A stretch of DNA of 64,000 nucleotides from Snowella sp. (GCA_003249095.1 QBMS01000003.1:15875-79874); one strand, 5' to 3'. Counted from the first letter of the stretch, positions 27,736 to 37,521 are shown. The notes: generated from the letters alone by a model not told the origin. Numbers and translations: made by a program.

Positions 27736-29175
27736 TTAGTTTATTATAAAAATAAAAAAACAGAAAAAAATCATTAAAATTAGGGGAAAAAAAGATGTAT
27801 TTTTTTCAAAATCTAAAAATTTCAGACCAAAAGCTTTATAAGAATATACTGCAGAATACCAACAATAAAAACCTAAATAACCTGCTAAAGTCCCTACAGG
27901 AAAAGCATATACTCCAATTCGATTGAATAACGTTAGAGCAACAAAAAAATAGATTAGTCCAGCAACACCATTCGCCGTATGCCAAATAATATGATTGGTT
28001 ATACTATATAATTGTATATGCATTGCACCATAACGTTCGGCAAACATACTCAGACCCATAACTCCCCATAATAAAGGACTTACAAATTCAGCATTACTAC
28101 CAACTAACTTTAGCAATGGTTTTGCTAATACTCCAATCACAACAAATCCAGCGACATAAGTCCAATAAGCTAACCTTATTCCCCGTTTTGCTACTTGTAT
28201 TTGCTTTTCTAAATTTCCTTCTGAACGAAGTTTTGCCAGTAAAGGAAGTTTACTATAAAAAGGAGCTTGAGAAAATTGACTAACCATTTGTATAAGCCGC
28301 AAAGCAAGTAAATATGAAGCTACCCCCGACGCTGTACCGAATTGAGCATAAATAATACCACTGAGTTGAACTAATCCATAGCCCATGAAAACACCTAAGC
28401 CACTACGCCAAGCACTCGGCCATATGGCTTCAAACACTACAATGTCAATTTTTTGACTAGTAAATTTTTGAAAACGACCGCCTTCGACTTTTGAACATAA
28501 CCAATAGTTACGCCAAATATTGAGTATTAACCAGCCTTGATTAGCGACTACTAATCCCAGCAAACCACCGCCAGCTAATAAAACGATAATACTCGTTCCT
28601 ATTGCGCCTAATGATGTTAATATTTCCCAGCGACGTAAAAGAGCAATTTGATTCAGACCTTGAAGATAAGAGCTATAAGAATTTCCTAAAAGGGTAAAAC
28701 CAGAAGTAAGTAAAATTACTCCCCAAGCTATCCAGCCAAATCTTATGTCAGACGTCTTAGAAATGGGACTAAACATTGCCCAAGTACCAATCGTCGCTAA
28801 CAAAAAAAATGATATAACAGTCAAGCGTAAATATATTGCTCGCATGGTGGAGCAGATTTTTTCAATTGTTTGCCAATTAGCGTCTGTTAGTTTAGCCGAT
28901 TTGTTCGAATTACGAAGATCTTTTATCTCAAAACTACTTAAACCTCCCATTCCATAAGCAATAACTCTCGAAAAAGTCGGACTGAAACCTACATCAGTTA
29001 ATAACTGCAAACTAATAACTGTGCTGAAAAGATACCATAAAGCAATTTCTGTTGTGCTTAGGCGATTAAGGACTAACGGCAAAACTAAAATTAGGGAAAG
29101 CGAACGTGTTGCAAAACTTCCCCACGTCATTAATGTAGGAGAATTCCAAAAACGTTCTATGTATTTATTGTTCAA
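27736..29175 (-). CDS. wzx: oligosaccharide/polysaccharide flippase (Wzx, MOP superfamily)-like
   Basis: 479 aa with about 12-14 TM segments and the length and topology typical of Wzx. The ORF-track start is a TTG; the first ATG is 45 nt downstream. Confidence 0.7.
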   Translation of the reverse strand: MNNKYIERFWNSPTLMTWGSFATRSLSLILVLPLVLNRLSTTEIALWYLFSTVISLQLLTDVGFSPTFSRVIAYGMGGLSSFEIKDLRNSNKSAKLTDANWQTIEKICSTMRAIYLRLTVISFFLLATIGTWAMFSPISKTSDIRFGWIAWGVILLTSGFTLLGNSYSSYLQGLNQIALLRRWEILTSLGAIGTSIIVLLAGGGLLGLVVANQGWLILNIWRNYWLCSKVEGGRFQKFTSQKIDIVVFEAIWPSAWRSGLGVFMGYGLVQLSGIIYAQFGTASGVASYLLALRLIQMVSQFSQAPFYSKLPLLAKLRSEGNLEKQIQVAKRGIRLAYWTYVAGFVVIGVLAKPLLKLVGSNAEFVSPLLWGVMGLSMFAERYGAMHIQLYSITNHIIWHTANGVAGLIYFFVALTLFNRIGVYAFPVGTLAGYLGFYCWYSAVYSYKAFGLKFLDFEKNTSFFPLILMIFFCFFIFIIN

Positions 29176-29212
29176 TTTTTATTAATTTTTATTAATAATC
29201 TTTCATGATAAT

Positions 29213-30136
29213 CTAATTACTTAATCCGACAGGAATATATTTTGGCTCCCAAATGCCCCAAGGCATTCCATATTTGCCAGACTTTTTATAAAAATCAGCT
29301 AAATTTTCTTTCAAGTAGTAGCATTCACTATATTTTTTCAATATTAAAGATGGATCTTGATTCTCTATAGGTTTAGCACCAAAACGCTTTTCAAAATCAA
29401 AAGAAGAAAAACAGTAACCATTGGAAGGTTCATGAAACCATGTGGTTGGCTTATCTGTTCCCGAAGTTGTAACTGCCCACAATCCATTAGGCTTAAGTAT
29501 TCGATTAATCTCTTGTAAAGCTCCATCAAGAATATCTGTTGGTATATGCTCTAAAGACGAAAGAGAGACAACCGCATCAAAAAAGTCCGATGAAATTTCG
29601 GGTAATTCAGACAAATTACCAATCTTCCAATTAATCGACCCAACAGGAACGTTCAATAAACCAACTGAATCTCGCCACTTCTCACTATTCGTACTTAAGT
29701 CTGAATATTTGAAAAAATTATACCACTTATACATTGGTAAAGACTTTATCCATTTTTTAAATTGAAATTCTGGGTTAGAGTTAAACGAAGAAAGAAGTTC
29801 GCTATAACTTGTTGGGCTAAAGCTTGGCAAGCTCTCTAGCTCAGTATGGTAACGTTGTTTATAGGCGTTTAGCGGTTCAGATAAAGATAAATCAATGTTA
29901 ATAACATGAAAGCCCATTTCAGCTAATAAAAATTGGGTAGGGCCAAATCCGCCTCCAGCATCTAATACCTTTAATCCTTTTGGCCATTGTTTTACCTTGG
30001 AATATATCCAATGTAGATCAGTTATGTAGTGCCATCCTAATTGAGTGCGTCTTGTCAATTTTAGAAAAGACTCAACATCTTTGAAATCTTCGGAACCGAT
30101 TTGTTTTTCTGGGTCTATAAATTCGTAACGTAACAT
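29213..30136 (-). CDS. class I SAM-dependent methyltransferase
   Basis: Motif I VLDAGGGFGP, acidic loop VINIDL, and FDAVVSLSSLEH. Confidence 0.7.
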   Translation of the reverse strand: MLRYEFIDPEKQIGSEDFKDVESFLKLTRRTQLGWHYITDLHWIYSKVKQWPKGLKVLDAGGGFGPTQFLLAEMGFHVINIDLSLSEPLNAYKQRYHTELESLPSFSPTSYSELLSSFNSNPEFQFKKWIKSLPMYKWYNFFKYSDLSTNSEKWRDSVGLLNVPVGSINWKIGNLSELPEISSDFFDAVVSLSSLEHIPTDILDGALQEINRILKPNGLWAVTTSGTDKPTTWFHEPSNGYCFSSFDFEKRFGAKPIENQDPSLILKKYSECYYLKENLADFYKKSGKYGMPWGIWEPKYIPVGLSN

Positions 30137-30152
30137 AAATTTTAGAGTTTAA

Positions 30153-30944
30153 TTAACTAGGATTTTTTATCAGAGATTTAATCTTGCTAAGAAAACGCGA
30201 AAAGAAAGACATTTGTTTAATCAGATTTTCAGAACCACGAGGACTGTAAACTGATTTAATCAATTCAATTATCTTAATCTCTTCTTCAGATCGAGGATTC
30301 TGACGTAAGAAGAGATAATCAGCTTGGGAAGCAAAAGAATTTTTATAACCAGTCCATCCAGCAACATAAAAACCCAAATCGGCTAAATAACTTTTAACTT
30401 TATCCTCAGTAACTAAGTTTTGATAGAGTGGATAACGAAATAACTCTAATTCTAGTCCAAGACAGTCATTTTTAAGATAATTTTTAGCACCCTCCAAAAC
30501 AAAAAACTCTCCACTCTGAGTATCACTTTTGAGAAAGTGAAAAGGAATATGATTACCTAGTGATTGCTCAAGTTCTTCTAAAATAGTATCTAGTTTTTTG
30601 ACAGGACATAGAAACTCTTTTGTAATTTGTGATCTATCTATCCAAGTATCATTTAATTTTTGATTTCCTTCCAGACGAAGACTTTTAAAATTTTCTTGAA
30701 CCCAATCAAAGTTTTGTTTTAAAAGTGAAGATCCCGTTCCTTCAGAGCCAGATACATAAAAAGGAGCTTGACCATCAAAATTCCAAACAGCAGAATCATA
30801 TTTTAAATTTTTCCCACTCAAAACAGGAGTCTCATTCGGCTCAAAACTTAGGCTCCAATCAATATAATTTGCATGATTTTTCCAAGGAAAATCAAATCCA
30901 CCAACAGAGCCAACATCAATAATATTAATTTTAGGATTAGTCAT
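30153..30944 (-). CDS. FkbM-like methyltransferase (tentative)
   Basis: N-terminal IIDVGSVGG resembles the FkbM-family IDVGAN(I/V)G motif. Size and context also fit. Confidence 0.45.
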   Translation of the reverse strand: MTNPKINIIDVGSVGGFDFPWKNHANYIDWSLSFEPNETPVLSGKNLKYDSAVWNFDGQAPFYVSGSEGTGSSLLKQNFDWVQENFKSLRLEGNQKLNDTWIDRSQITKEFLCPVKKLDTILEELEQSLGNHIPFHFLKSDTQSGEFFVLEGAKNYLKNDCLGLELELFRYPLYQNLVTEDKVKSYLADLGFYVAGWTGYKNSFASQADYLFLRQNPRSEEEIKIIELIKSVYSPRGSENLIKQMSFFSRFLSKIKSLIKNPS

Positions 30945-30947
30945 AAT

Positions 30948-31694
30948 TTAAACAGGGTCATGTAAACGGGAACCAATACCACCATCTAACTCCAAAGAAG
31001 CTCCATTGATGAATTGGGCATCTTTTGATGCTAAAAATAAAGCTAACTTTGCTACCTCTGACGGTTCTGCAATTCTACCAACAGGGTGCATAGAAGATAA
31101 AATTTCATAAGCTTCGCCTTGATCATCAAAGCCAGCTAAAAGCATAGGCGTAGAGACAGCCGCAGGGCAAATAGCATTTATTCTTACTTTTGAACCTAGT
31201 TCAACCGCCATACTCTTAGTTAATCCTACCAAAGCCGCTTTACTAGTAGCGTAACAGCTAAACTCTGGCTTCGTTAACTTAGCATGAATGCTACTAATGT
31301 TAATGACAGATCCTCCCGCTTTTTCCAAAAATAAAAATAACTTCTGTGTCAATAAGAAAGGAGAGATTAAATTGACATTAAGGGTTTGGTTCCAATCGGC
31401 AACAGTAATTTTTGCTATTGGCCTAATAGCTTGAATTGCGGCGTTATTGATTAATACATCAAGTCCATGTGAACTTCTTAAGAGAGATTCTATGTGACAA
31501 ATAATTTCTAAACAATAATCATTATCACTACAAATCTTGTCTAAATCTGCTTTTATAAAAAAATCAGCATCTACTAATTTTTCTGCTCGATCTAGAGCAA
31601 TAACTTTATAACCATCATTCCTAAAAACAGAACAGAGGGATTCTCCGATTCCCCCAGATGCTCCTGTAATCAGTGCAGTCTTTTTATCTGTCAA
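30948..31694 (-). CDS. short-chain dehydrogenase/reductase (classical SDR)
   Basis: TGASGGIG cofactor motif, NNAA, and catalytic YATSKAA. The apparent start codon is TTG. Confidence 0.85.
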   Translation of the reverse strand: MTDKKTALITGASGGIGESLCSVFRNDGYKVIALDRAEKLVDADFFIKADLDKICSDNDYCLEIICHIESLLRSSHGLDVLINNAAIQAIRPIAKITVADWNQTLNVNLISPFLLTQKLFLFLEKAGGSVINISSIHAKLTKPEFSCYATSKAALVGLTKSMAVELGSKVRINAICPAAVSTPMLLAGFDDQGEAYEILSSMHPVGRIAEPSEVAKLALFLASKDAQFINGASLELDGGIGSRLHDPV

Positions 31695-31700
31695 ATAACT

Positions 31701-32636
31701 TTACACTCCCAAAAAGCTAAATAGTAATTGAATCGCCTGATGACTAGCACGATGAACCGCATCAACAGTATTCGAGCCATTATGAGAGCCAAAAATACAT
31801 TGTTCAAAACTACGAAGCGGAGAATCTAAAGGAAGCGGCTCAATTTCAAAAACATCTAAAGCTGCGGAATGAACCTTACCCGATGATAAAGCGTCAATTA
31901 AGGCCAACTCATCAATCAAAGGGCCACGGGCGACATTGACAATTTTTACTGCTGGTTTAACTTTTGCAAAAATATCAGCATTCAGTAGATGATAATTATC
32001 GGGAGTTAAGGCACAGGTTAACACAACGAAATCTGCTTCTTCTAATCTATTTGGCCAAACAGATGATTGTACTTGGTTTAAATCATCTTGGGCTTGAAAA
32101 TAAGGATCATAAGCAATGACTTTTAGATCAAAAGCCAGCAAACGTTTGGCCGTATTTCTACCGATGTCTCCAAATCCAACCAAAGCAACAGTTTTACCCG
32201 CTAAAGAAATTCCCGAAGGTTTAATCCAATGTCCTTTTCTAACTTCTCGATCTATCTGAAAAGTTTGTCTTGCTAAACCAATCACATAACCAACTGCGAC
32301 ATCAGCAACTTCACCTCCGAACATTCGGGGCGTATTAGTTATTGGAATACCTAGTTCCTTAGCTGCTTTAAAATCAACATTATCAACACCAACTCCCCAC
32401 TTAACTGCCGCCTTCAATTTTCCTTGATGGCCTGCCTTAAATACTTCAGCGTTTGCAGGATCATCTCCAATGATCCAACCATCGAATTGGGGTAATAATT
32501 CTTTAAGTTCTTCTACTGATAACGTTTGTTTAACAGGAGGGCAATAAATATCTATTGCTTTTTCGGAAAAAAGATGTCTAAATTCATCAATTAATCCCAG
32601 CATTGGGGGGCAGGTAACTAAAACCCTATAGCTCAT
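31701..32636 (-). CDS. D-isomer-specific 2-hydroxyacid dehydrogenase (phosphoglycerate dehydrogenase-like)
   Basis: NAD motif VGFGDIGRNTAKRL, NVARGPLIDE, and catalytic His context GSHNGS. It overlaps the upstream gene by 4 nt. Confidence 0.85.
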   Translation of the reverse strand: MSYRVLVTCPPMLGLIDEFRHLFSEKAIDIYCPPVKQTLSVEELKELLPQFDGWIIGDDPANAEVFKAGHQGKLKAAVKWGVGVDNVDFKAAKELGIPITNTPRMFGGEVADVAVGYVIGLARQTFQIDREVRKGHWIKPSGISLAGKTVALVGFGDIGRNTAKRLLAFDLKVIAYDPYFQAQDDLNQVQSSVWPNRLEEADFVVLTCALTPDNYHLLNADIFAKVKPAVKIVNVARGPLIDELALIDALSSGKVHSAALDVFEIEPLPLDSPLRSFEQCIFGSHNGSNTVDAVHRASHQAIQLLFSFLGV

Positions 32637-33310
32637 AATTTCTTTTCTCGATTGAGGTATAAAAATTCAGCAACACGGAAATCAATTTCTTCATCGATAT
32701 CCCAAGCTTCATCTCGATCCATTTCAAATAAAAGTGGATTATATCCAATACGATTATTTTTTTCTCGCAAGACCTTTTCGCTAAAAATATAGAGGTTAGA
32801 ATTTTCTTCAAAAACTGGGGGTAAATCCTGCGTTCTTAATAAAATACTCGGATCATGATTTATCGCTTTACCATCAGCATCATAAAACCGAGTCTGTAAC
32901 CTAGTTACAGTAAATAAACTATCATGGTCAGGACTATTAAGGAATAAATCAATTGCTTTAGAAATAGTTTCTGGACGAAGTAAAGGATTCGTACTATGAG
33001 TTTGAATATAAAAATCAGACGAGACTTGACTAACCGAATTTAAAAGAACGTCATTCATTGGAATTGAGCCGTCTCTCAAATGCTCTGGACGAACTAAAAC
33101 TTTAACCGTTGGAAAAATTTTACTAACTTCTTCAATTATTACTGGACTGTCAGTATCAATACAAACTTGAGTTATTTGAGGGCAGTGTAACAAACTTTCG
33201 ACAATATAATGATAGAGGGGCTTGCTAGCGAAAATTCGATAGTTTTTACCACGTACACGTTCACTAGAGTGACGCATCGGAACAAAAGCAACAATTTTTG
33301 GAAAGCTCAT
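32633..33310 (-). CDS. acylneuraminate (CMP-sugar acid) cytidylyltransferase family protein
   Basis: The N-terminus VAFVPMRHSSERVRGKNYR matches the P-loop-like PxRxxSxRxxxKN signature of CMP-NeuAc/CMP-Kdo-type synthetases. 225 aa. Confidence 0.7.
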   Translation of the reverse strand: MSFPKIVAFVPMRHSSERVRGKNYRIFASKPLYHYIVESLLHCPQITQVCIDTDSPVIIEEVSKIFPTVKVLVRPEHLRDGSIPMNDVLLNSVSQVSSDFYIQTHSTNPLLRPETISKAIDLFLNSPDHDSLFTVTRLQTRFYDADGKAINHDPSILLRTQDLPPVFEENSNLYIFSEKVLREKNNRIGYNPLLFEMDRDEAWDIDEEIDFRVAEFLYLNREKKL

Positions 33311-33326
33311 CAGCTTAGGATAAAGT

Positions 33327-33974
33327 TTATGTAATAGATAAAGGACACAAAATTGCTCTAGAGGGTGCTCCTTCGAGACCTTTAAGTTTAATCGGTAAAC
33401 AAATTAATTCGTAATTACCAGCAGGGACATCCGTTAGATTTAACCCTTCAATAATTACAATATCTGACTGAAGAAGAACGATATGAGTTTCAGGCCCATC
33501 GTAAAAACGCTGTATTGATAGATAGTCAATACCAACAAGAATAACTCCTTGATTAACAAGCCATTCTGCTGCATCAAAACTTAAAGCAACAAAATTAGCT
33601 TCAAATGTACTTGAATTAATTGAATTCCACAACCTAGAATTTTTTGTCTTGAAGAGTATTCGCTTAAGATTATTCGGTAACTTCAAACTCTCTAAAAAAT
33701 CTGCTGTTATAACTTCTATCTCTCCTACATCAATAACTGTAGCAATACCAATTAAAGTTTCCAAGGGTAACTCATCGACGCTTCTACCAGAAGAAATAAA
33801 GTGTAGTGAAGCATCTACATGAGTTCCTGTATGAACACTCATATAGATTGTCGTATCGTTAGCGATATCACCTTGATCTAAGTCTAAGGTTCGTTGAAAT
33901 TCAATTGGCTGGGTATCTGGCCAAACGGGAAGTTGAGGAGAAATTGGGACTGAAATATCATAATATTTTTTCAA
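33327..33974 (-). CDS. cyclase-family protein (kynurenine formamidase-like fold)
   Basis: HTGTHVDASLHF matches the HxGTHxDxPxH metal motif of the putative cyclase family. TTG start; it overlaps the upstream GT2 gene by 17 nt. Confidence 0.7.
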   Translation of the reverse strand: MKKYYDISVPISPQLPVWPDTQPIEFQRTLDLDQGDIANDTTIYMSVHTGTHVDASLHFISSGRSVDELPLETLIGIATVIDVGEIEVITADFLESLKLPNNLKRILFKTKNSRLWNSINSSTFEANFVALSFDAAEWLVNQGVILVGIDYLSIQRFYDGPETHIVLLQSDIVIIEGLNLTDVPAGNYELICLPIKLKGLEGAPSRAILCPLSIT

Positions 33975-34926
33975 AATATTCCTCTTTTGTTAGCTTGTAG
34001 TCAATTATTCTATCTTCATAAGATTTTTGTGATTCTTTTTGTTTCTCCATTTTTCGAGGATAATAAAATGTCTGTTTTACCTCACTCGTAATAATACCAT
34101 GTTCAAGAAATCCTTTATAAGTCCCCCAAAACTGCATAAATCGAAAGATAGGGATAGAAAACAGGTTTCTGAAAAAAATGTTGTCATGCCAAGCATGGTA
34201 GTAATCGGTAACAGTATTAGTAATTGTAAATTTTACGAACTCTCTAAACCTAAATATTTCGCTAGGAAAAATTTGCTTAAAAGCTAAAGCTTCTCTATAA
34301 TATCTACTATAAATTTTCCTAAAGGTTTCATTATGAACATGAACAATCTCCGCATCAGAAACGTAGGCTATTTTGTAGCCCAAAGATAGAATTTTTTTTG
34401 ACCAGTCCAAGTCTTCCAAGCCAGTCAAATTTTCATCATATGGAATTTTATTCCAAAGTTCTCTACGGATTGCCGCGTTAGCATTATTGCAGAAAGGGTG
34501 TTTTTGATTGAGATTAGACTTTTCGGAGAACCATTTGGCAAAAATTTGATGTTCAGTATATTTTGTCGTTTCGTTTCCTCTCTGCTTTCCATAAACTAAT
34601 CCAACCTCATGATCAACGAAAGGTTCTAAAATTTTTTCCAGCCAGTCCTTGTAAATTGGATAAACATGAGCACTCGCAATGACGATAAAATCGCCCATAG
34701 CTTTCTCACAGCCAATATTTAATGAGCGGCCAAAAGAAAATTCTTCCGGTTTAATAGAAACAATTCTTACTGGGAATCTTGAGGCAATTTTTAATGTCGC
34801 ATCAGCAGATCCCGAATCCACGATAATTATTTCAATATCTCGTAGAGTTTGCTCCATTATTCCAGTTAAAAGGCGACCAATGTGCTCTTCTTCGTTGTAG
34901 CAACGGACAATAATTGAACATTTCAT
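33958..34926 (-). CDS. family 2 glycosyltransferase (first gene of the AT-rich block)
   Basis: CSIIVRCYNEE...IIVDSGSADAT, with a DXD-like EDLD. Confidence 0.85.
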   Translation of the reverse strand: MKCSIIVRCYNEEEHIGRLLTGIMEQTLRDIEIIIVDSGSADATLKIASRFPVRIVSIKPEEFSFGRSLNIGCEKAMGDFIVIASAHVYPIYKDWLEKILEPFVDHEVGLVYGKQRGNETTKYTEHQIFAKWFSEKSNLNQKHPFCNNANAAIRRELWNKIPYDENLTGLEDLDWSKKILSLGYKIAYVSDAEIVHVHNETFRKIYSRYYREALAFKQIFPSEIFRFREFVKFTITNTVTDYYHAWHDNIFFRNLFSIPIFRFMQFWGTYKGFLEHGIITSEVKQTFYYPRKMEKQKESQKSYEDRIIDYKLTKEEYFEKIL

Positions 34927-35492
34927 TAGAAGTAAATAACTTGAATTTTTAATGAAACTAAAATGAAACTAAATAAATAATTTGATTAAATAATTTGGTA
35001 GATAAATAATTGATTAAATAAGCAAAAGACACAATAACTCCCACTAGCTTAAACCTTGGAGTGCACTCAAATGGTGTCTTCTCTTGGGGTTTACAGCAAA
35101 AATTCGCTGCGGTTGTATGGATTGACTTATTTTTAAGTGGACTATCGAAATTTTTTATTTATTTCAAGTACGGGACTATCCTACACTTCATTTTTAAAAT
35201 AGGCAAGTGTTTTCTAGAAAATTATAAAAGATTAGTTTTTTTGACTTATTCTTTGGTAATTTTTTTAGACTGTACCACAAATAAGCAAGGTTTAATTCAA
35301 AAAATTTTTTTCTAAGATATTTTTTAAATTCTAAAATTTATCTTGGATTTTTGAATACCAAATTAATTCGTAAAAGCGATCGCAAAGCAAGTTCACAAAA
35401 GCTTCATAAAACACTGGATGTGATTATGCACTAAAAAACCTCCCTAGTCAAGAGGAAGGTGAAAATTAATAATCAATGAGCAAATTACTGCT

Positions 35493-35612
35493 TTAGAGAT
35501 CGCCGCCTCGGAGGGCCAACAGGAAGATGACGACGGGGCCTGCGATCAAAATAAGACCAACAAAGGTTAACTGAAAAATAGGTTCTAGATTAAGGGATGC
35601 TATTAAATCCAT
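35493..35612 (-). CDS. psb30: photosystem II protein Psb30 (Ycf12)
   Basis: The 39-aa product [39 protein letters not shown] has the conserved Ycf12 C-terminus LLALRGG(D/N)L. It is the 3' end of a 96-aa ORF-track entry whose upstream part looks spurious. Confidence 0.8.
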   Translation of the reverse strand: MDLIASLNLEPIFQLTFVGLILIAGPVVIFLLALRGGDL

Positions 35613-35776
35613 ATGTTCTCCTAAAAATCGTCTATGGTATGAATGGGATAGGACAAAACGCCACGAAAGCCATTGTCTATGATACCTTGGGATGGTTTCC
35701 CTGTTTTTGAAAAATGACATAAATATACATAAAGTTCTACAATGACTGTTTTTGAGCAAGCGGGGGATTTTTGGGG

Positions 35777-36124
35777 ATGGCAACTTGGCAATGTATTAAA
35801 GGATGCGGGGCTTGCTGTAATCTTGACCCCAGCGATCGCCCTGATTTGGCGGAGTATTTATCGCCAGAGGAGTTGACCCATTATCTAAGTTTGGTGGGGG
35901 AAGGGGGTTGGTGTATTAATTTTGATGCCGAAAATCGGGAATGTCGGATTTATGATGAGCGTCCTCGTTTTTGTCGGGTTTTGCCTGAGACCTTTGAGCA
36001 AATGTTTGGGGTCAGCCCAGAAGAGTTTAACGATTTTGCCATTGACTGCTGTGAACAACAGATCGCTGGAGTTTATGGGGAAGATAGTCCAGAGCTAGAG
36101 CGTTATGATCAGGCGATCGCGTAA
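35777..36124 (+). CDS. YkgJ-family (CxxCxxCC) cysteine-cluster protein
   Basis: The CIKGCGACC motif near the N-terminus plus a later [12 protein letters not shown] pair. The ATG at 35777 is preferred over the TTG at 35771. Confidence 0.7.
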   Translation: MATWQCIKGCGACCNLDPSDRPDLAEYLSPEELTHYLSLVGEGGWCINFDAENRECRIYDERPRFCRVLPETFEQMFGVSPEEFNDFAIDCCEQQIAGVYGEDSPELERYDQAIA

Positions 36125-36137
36125 TTAATTTTTCAAG

Positions 36138-36914
36138 ATGACTTTGGTTGAAAATTGTTTTTGGGTGATCGGGGGGACGAGCGAAAGTGTGGTGCTTGCC
36201 CAGGCGATCGCGGAGAAAAATTTCTCTTGTATGGTGACGGTGACGACGGCGGATGCGGTGAAACTTTATCCTGTGCTGCCCAATTTACGGATTCGAGTCG
36301 GTCAGCTAAAGGAATTTCAAATTTATGAGTTTATTCAACAGGAAAAAATCATCGCCATTATTGATGCTTCCCATCCCTACGCGATCGCGATTTCCGAGAC
36401 GGTGATTCAAATTGCTCAGGCTCTTCAAATTCCCTATTTACGCTATGAACGAGCCGCATTATCACTGAATAAAAACATTACAGAGTTAGAAAATTTTGAA
36501 ATGCTTTTAGCGGGACATTATTTAACGAATCAACGAGTTTTATTAACGGTTGGCTATAAAGTTTTACCCAGGTTTAAAAGATGGCAATCTCAAGCGGTTT
36601 TATTTGCGAGAATTTTACCGAGTCTTGAATCGCTTAAGGTTGCACTAGACTCAGGATTTACCAGCGATCGCTTAATTGCTATTCGTCCGCCGATCAGTCT
36701 TGATTTGGAAAAAACTCTCTGGCAGCAATGGACTATTTCTTTAGTGGTGAGTAAAGCCTCTGGACAAGCGGGAGGCGAAGAGATTAAACAAACGGTTTCT
36801 CAATTATTAGGAATCCCTTTAATTGTTATTGCTCGCCCCAATGTTGATTATCCCCAGCAAACAAATAATCTGAATGAAGTTTTAAGATTTTGTTATCAGT
36901 ATTATTTAAATTAA
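36138..36914 (+). CDS. cobK: precorrin-6A / cobalt-precorrin-6A reductase
   Basis: 258 aa; overall CobK/CbiJ-like pattern (VIGGTSES, IDASHPYA, YLRYER, SKASG..GG). Recognition is from memory. Confidence 0.7.
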   Translation: MTLVENCFWVIGGTSESVVLAQAIAEKNFSCMVTVTTADAVKLYPVLPNLRIRVGQLKEFQIYEFIQQEKIIAIIDASHPYAIAISETVIQIAQALQIPYLRYERAALSLNKNITELENFEMLLAGHYLTNQRVLLTVGYKVLPRFKRWQSQAVLFARILPSLESLKVALDSGFTSDRLIAIRPPISLDLEKTLWQQWTISLVVSKASGQAGGEEIKQTVSQLLGIPLIVIARPNVDYPQQTNNLNEVLRFCYQYYLN

Positions 36915-36915
36915 T

Positions 36916-37479
36916 TTATTCTAGCAGCCAATTAAAAATATCTCCCACTGTTAACTGTAAATTATTCGCAAAATCTGGAACAGGAAGCAATTGTTCTGGT
37001 TGATCTAGCCAATCCAAAGATTGATTCGGGTAAAAAATCAATATTGCTTTTTCTTTGGGATCAATTAACCAACCTAATTGGGTTCCATGTTTGAGACTAT
37101 GAAGAATTTTAGCAATAACTTTAGTAGAGCGTTGTTCAGGAGAAAGTATTTCAATCATCCAGTCAGGCGCGATCGCGAAAAGATTAGCGATACTACCATC
37201 TTCATTACGGGGAATCCTATTCCAACTGAAAATAGAAACATCTGGCACAATGGCTCTATTGGCAAAAACACACGGTAATTCTGGAAAAGCTCTCGCAATT
37301 TTTTGCGGTTTAGTAATTGCATTAATCGCTATAATTAATTCACCTTGGATGGTGCTATGTTCACCTTGGGGCATGAATTTTTGGATGATTGTACCATCAA
37401 TATATTCGCTGGCTGGTTTGGTTTCAGATTCAGCCAGAAATGCTTCTAGGGTCAATTCTTTCGATGGGGCTTGTACCAT
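36916..37479 (-). CDS. Uma2-family (DUF820) putative endonuclease
   Basis: Pattern typical of the abundant cyanobacterial Uma2 proteins (EYIDG..I.KFMPQGEHS, PDVSIF, APDWMIEILSP). The ATG at 37479 is preferred over the TTG at 37494. Confidence 0.75.
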   Translation of the reverse strand: MVQAPSKELTLEAFLAESETKPASEYIDGTIIQKFMPQGEHSTIQGELIIAINAITKPQKIARAFPELPCVFANRAIVPDVSIFSWNRIPRNEDGSIANLFAIAPDWMIEILSPEQRSTKVIAKILHSLKHGTQLGWLIDPKEKAILIFYPNQSLDWLDQPEQLLPVPDFANNLQLTVGDIFNWLLE

Positions 37480-37521
37480 TAGAGCTTTAAGCAATATAAC
37501 AATAAAGATAATTATAATAAA

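Noticed and set aside
35613-35783. N-terminal 57 aa of the 96-aa ORF containing psb30
   Set aside because: The sequence looks unconserved, overlaps the divergent gene's start region, and Psb30 proteins are only about 35-45 aa.
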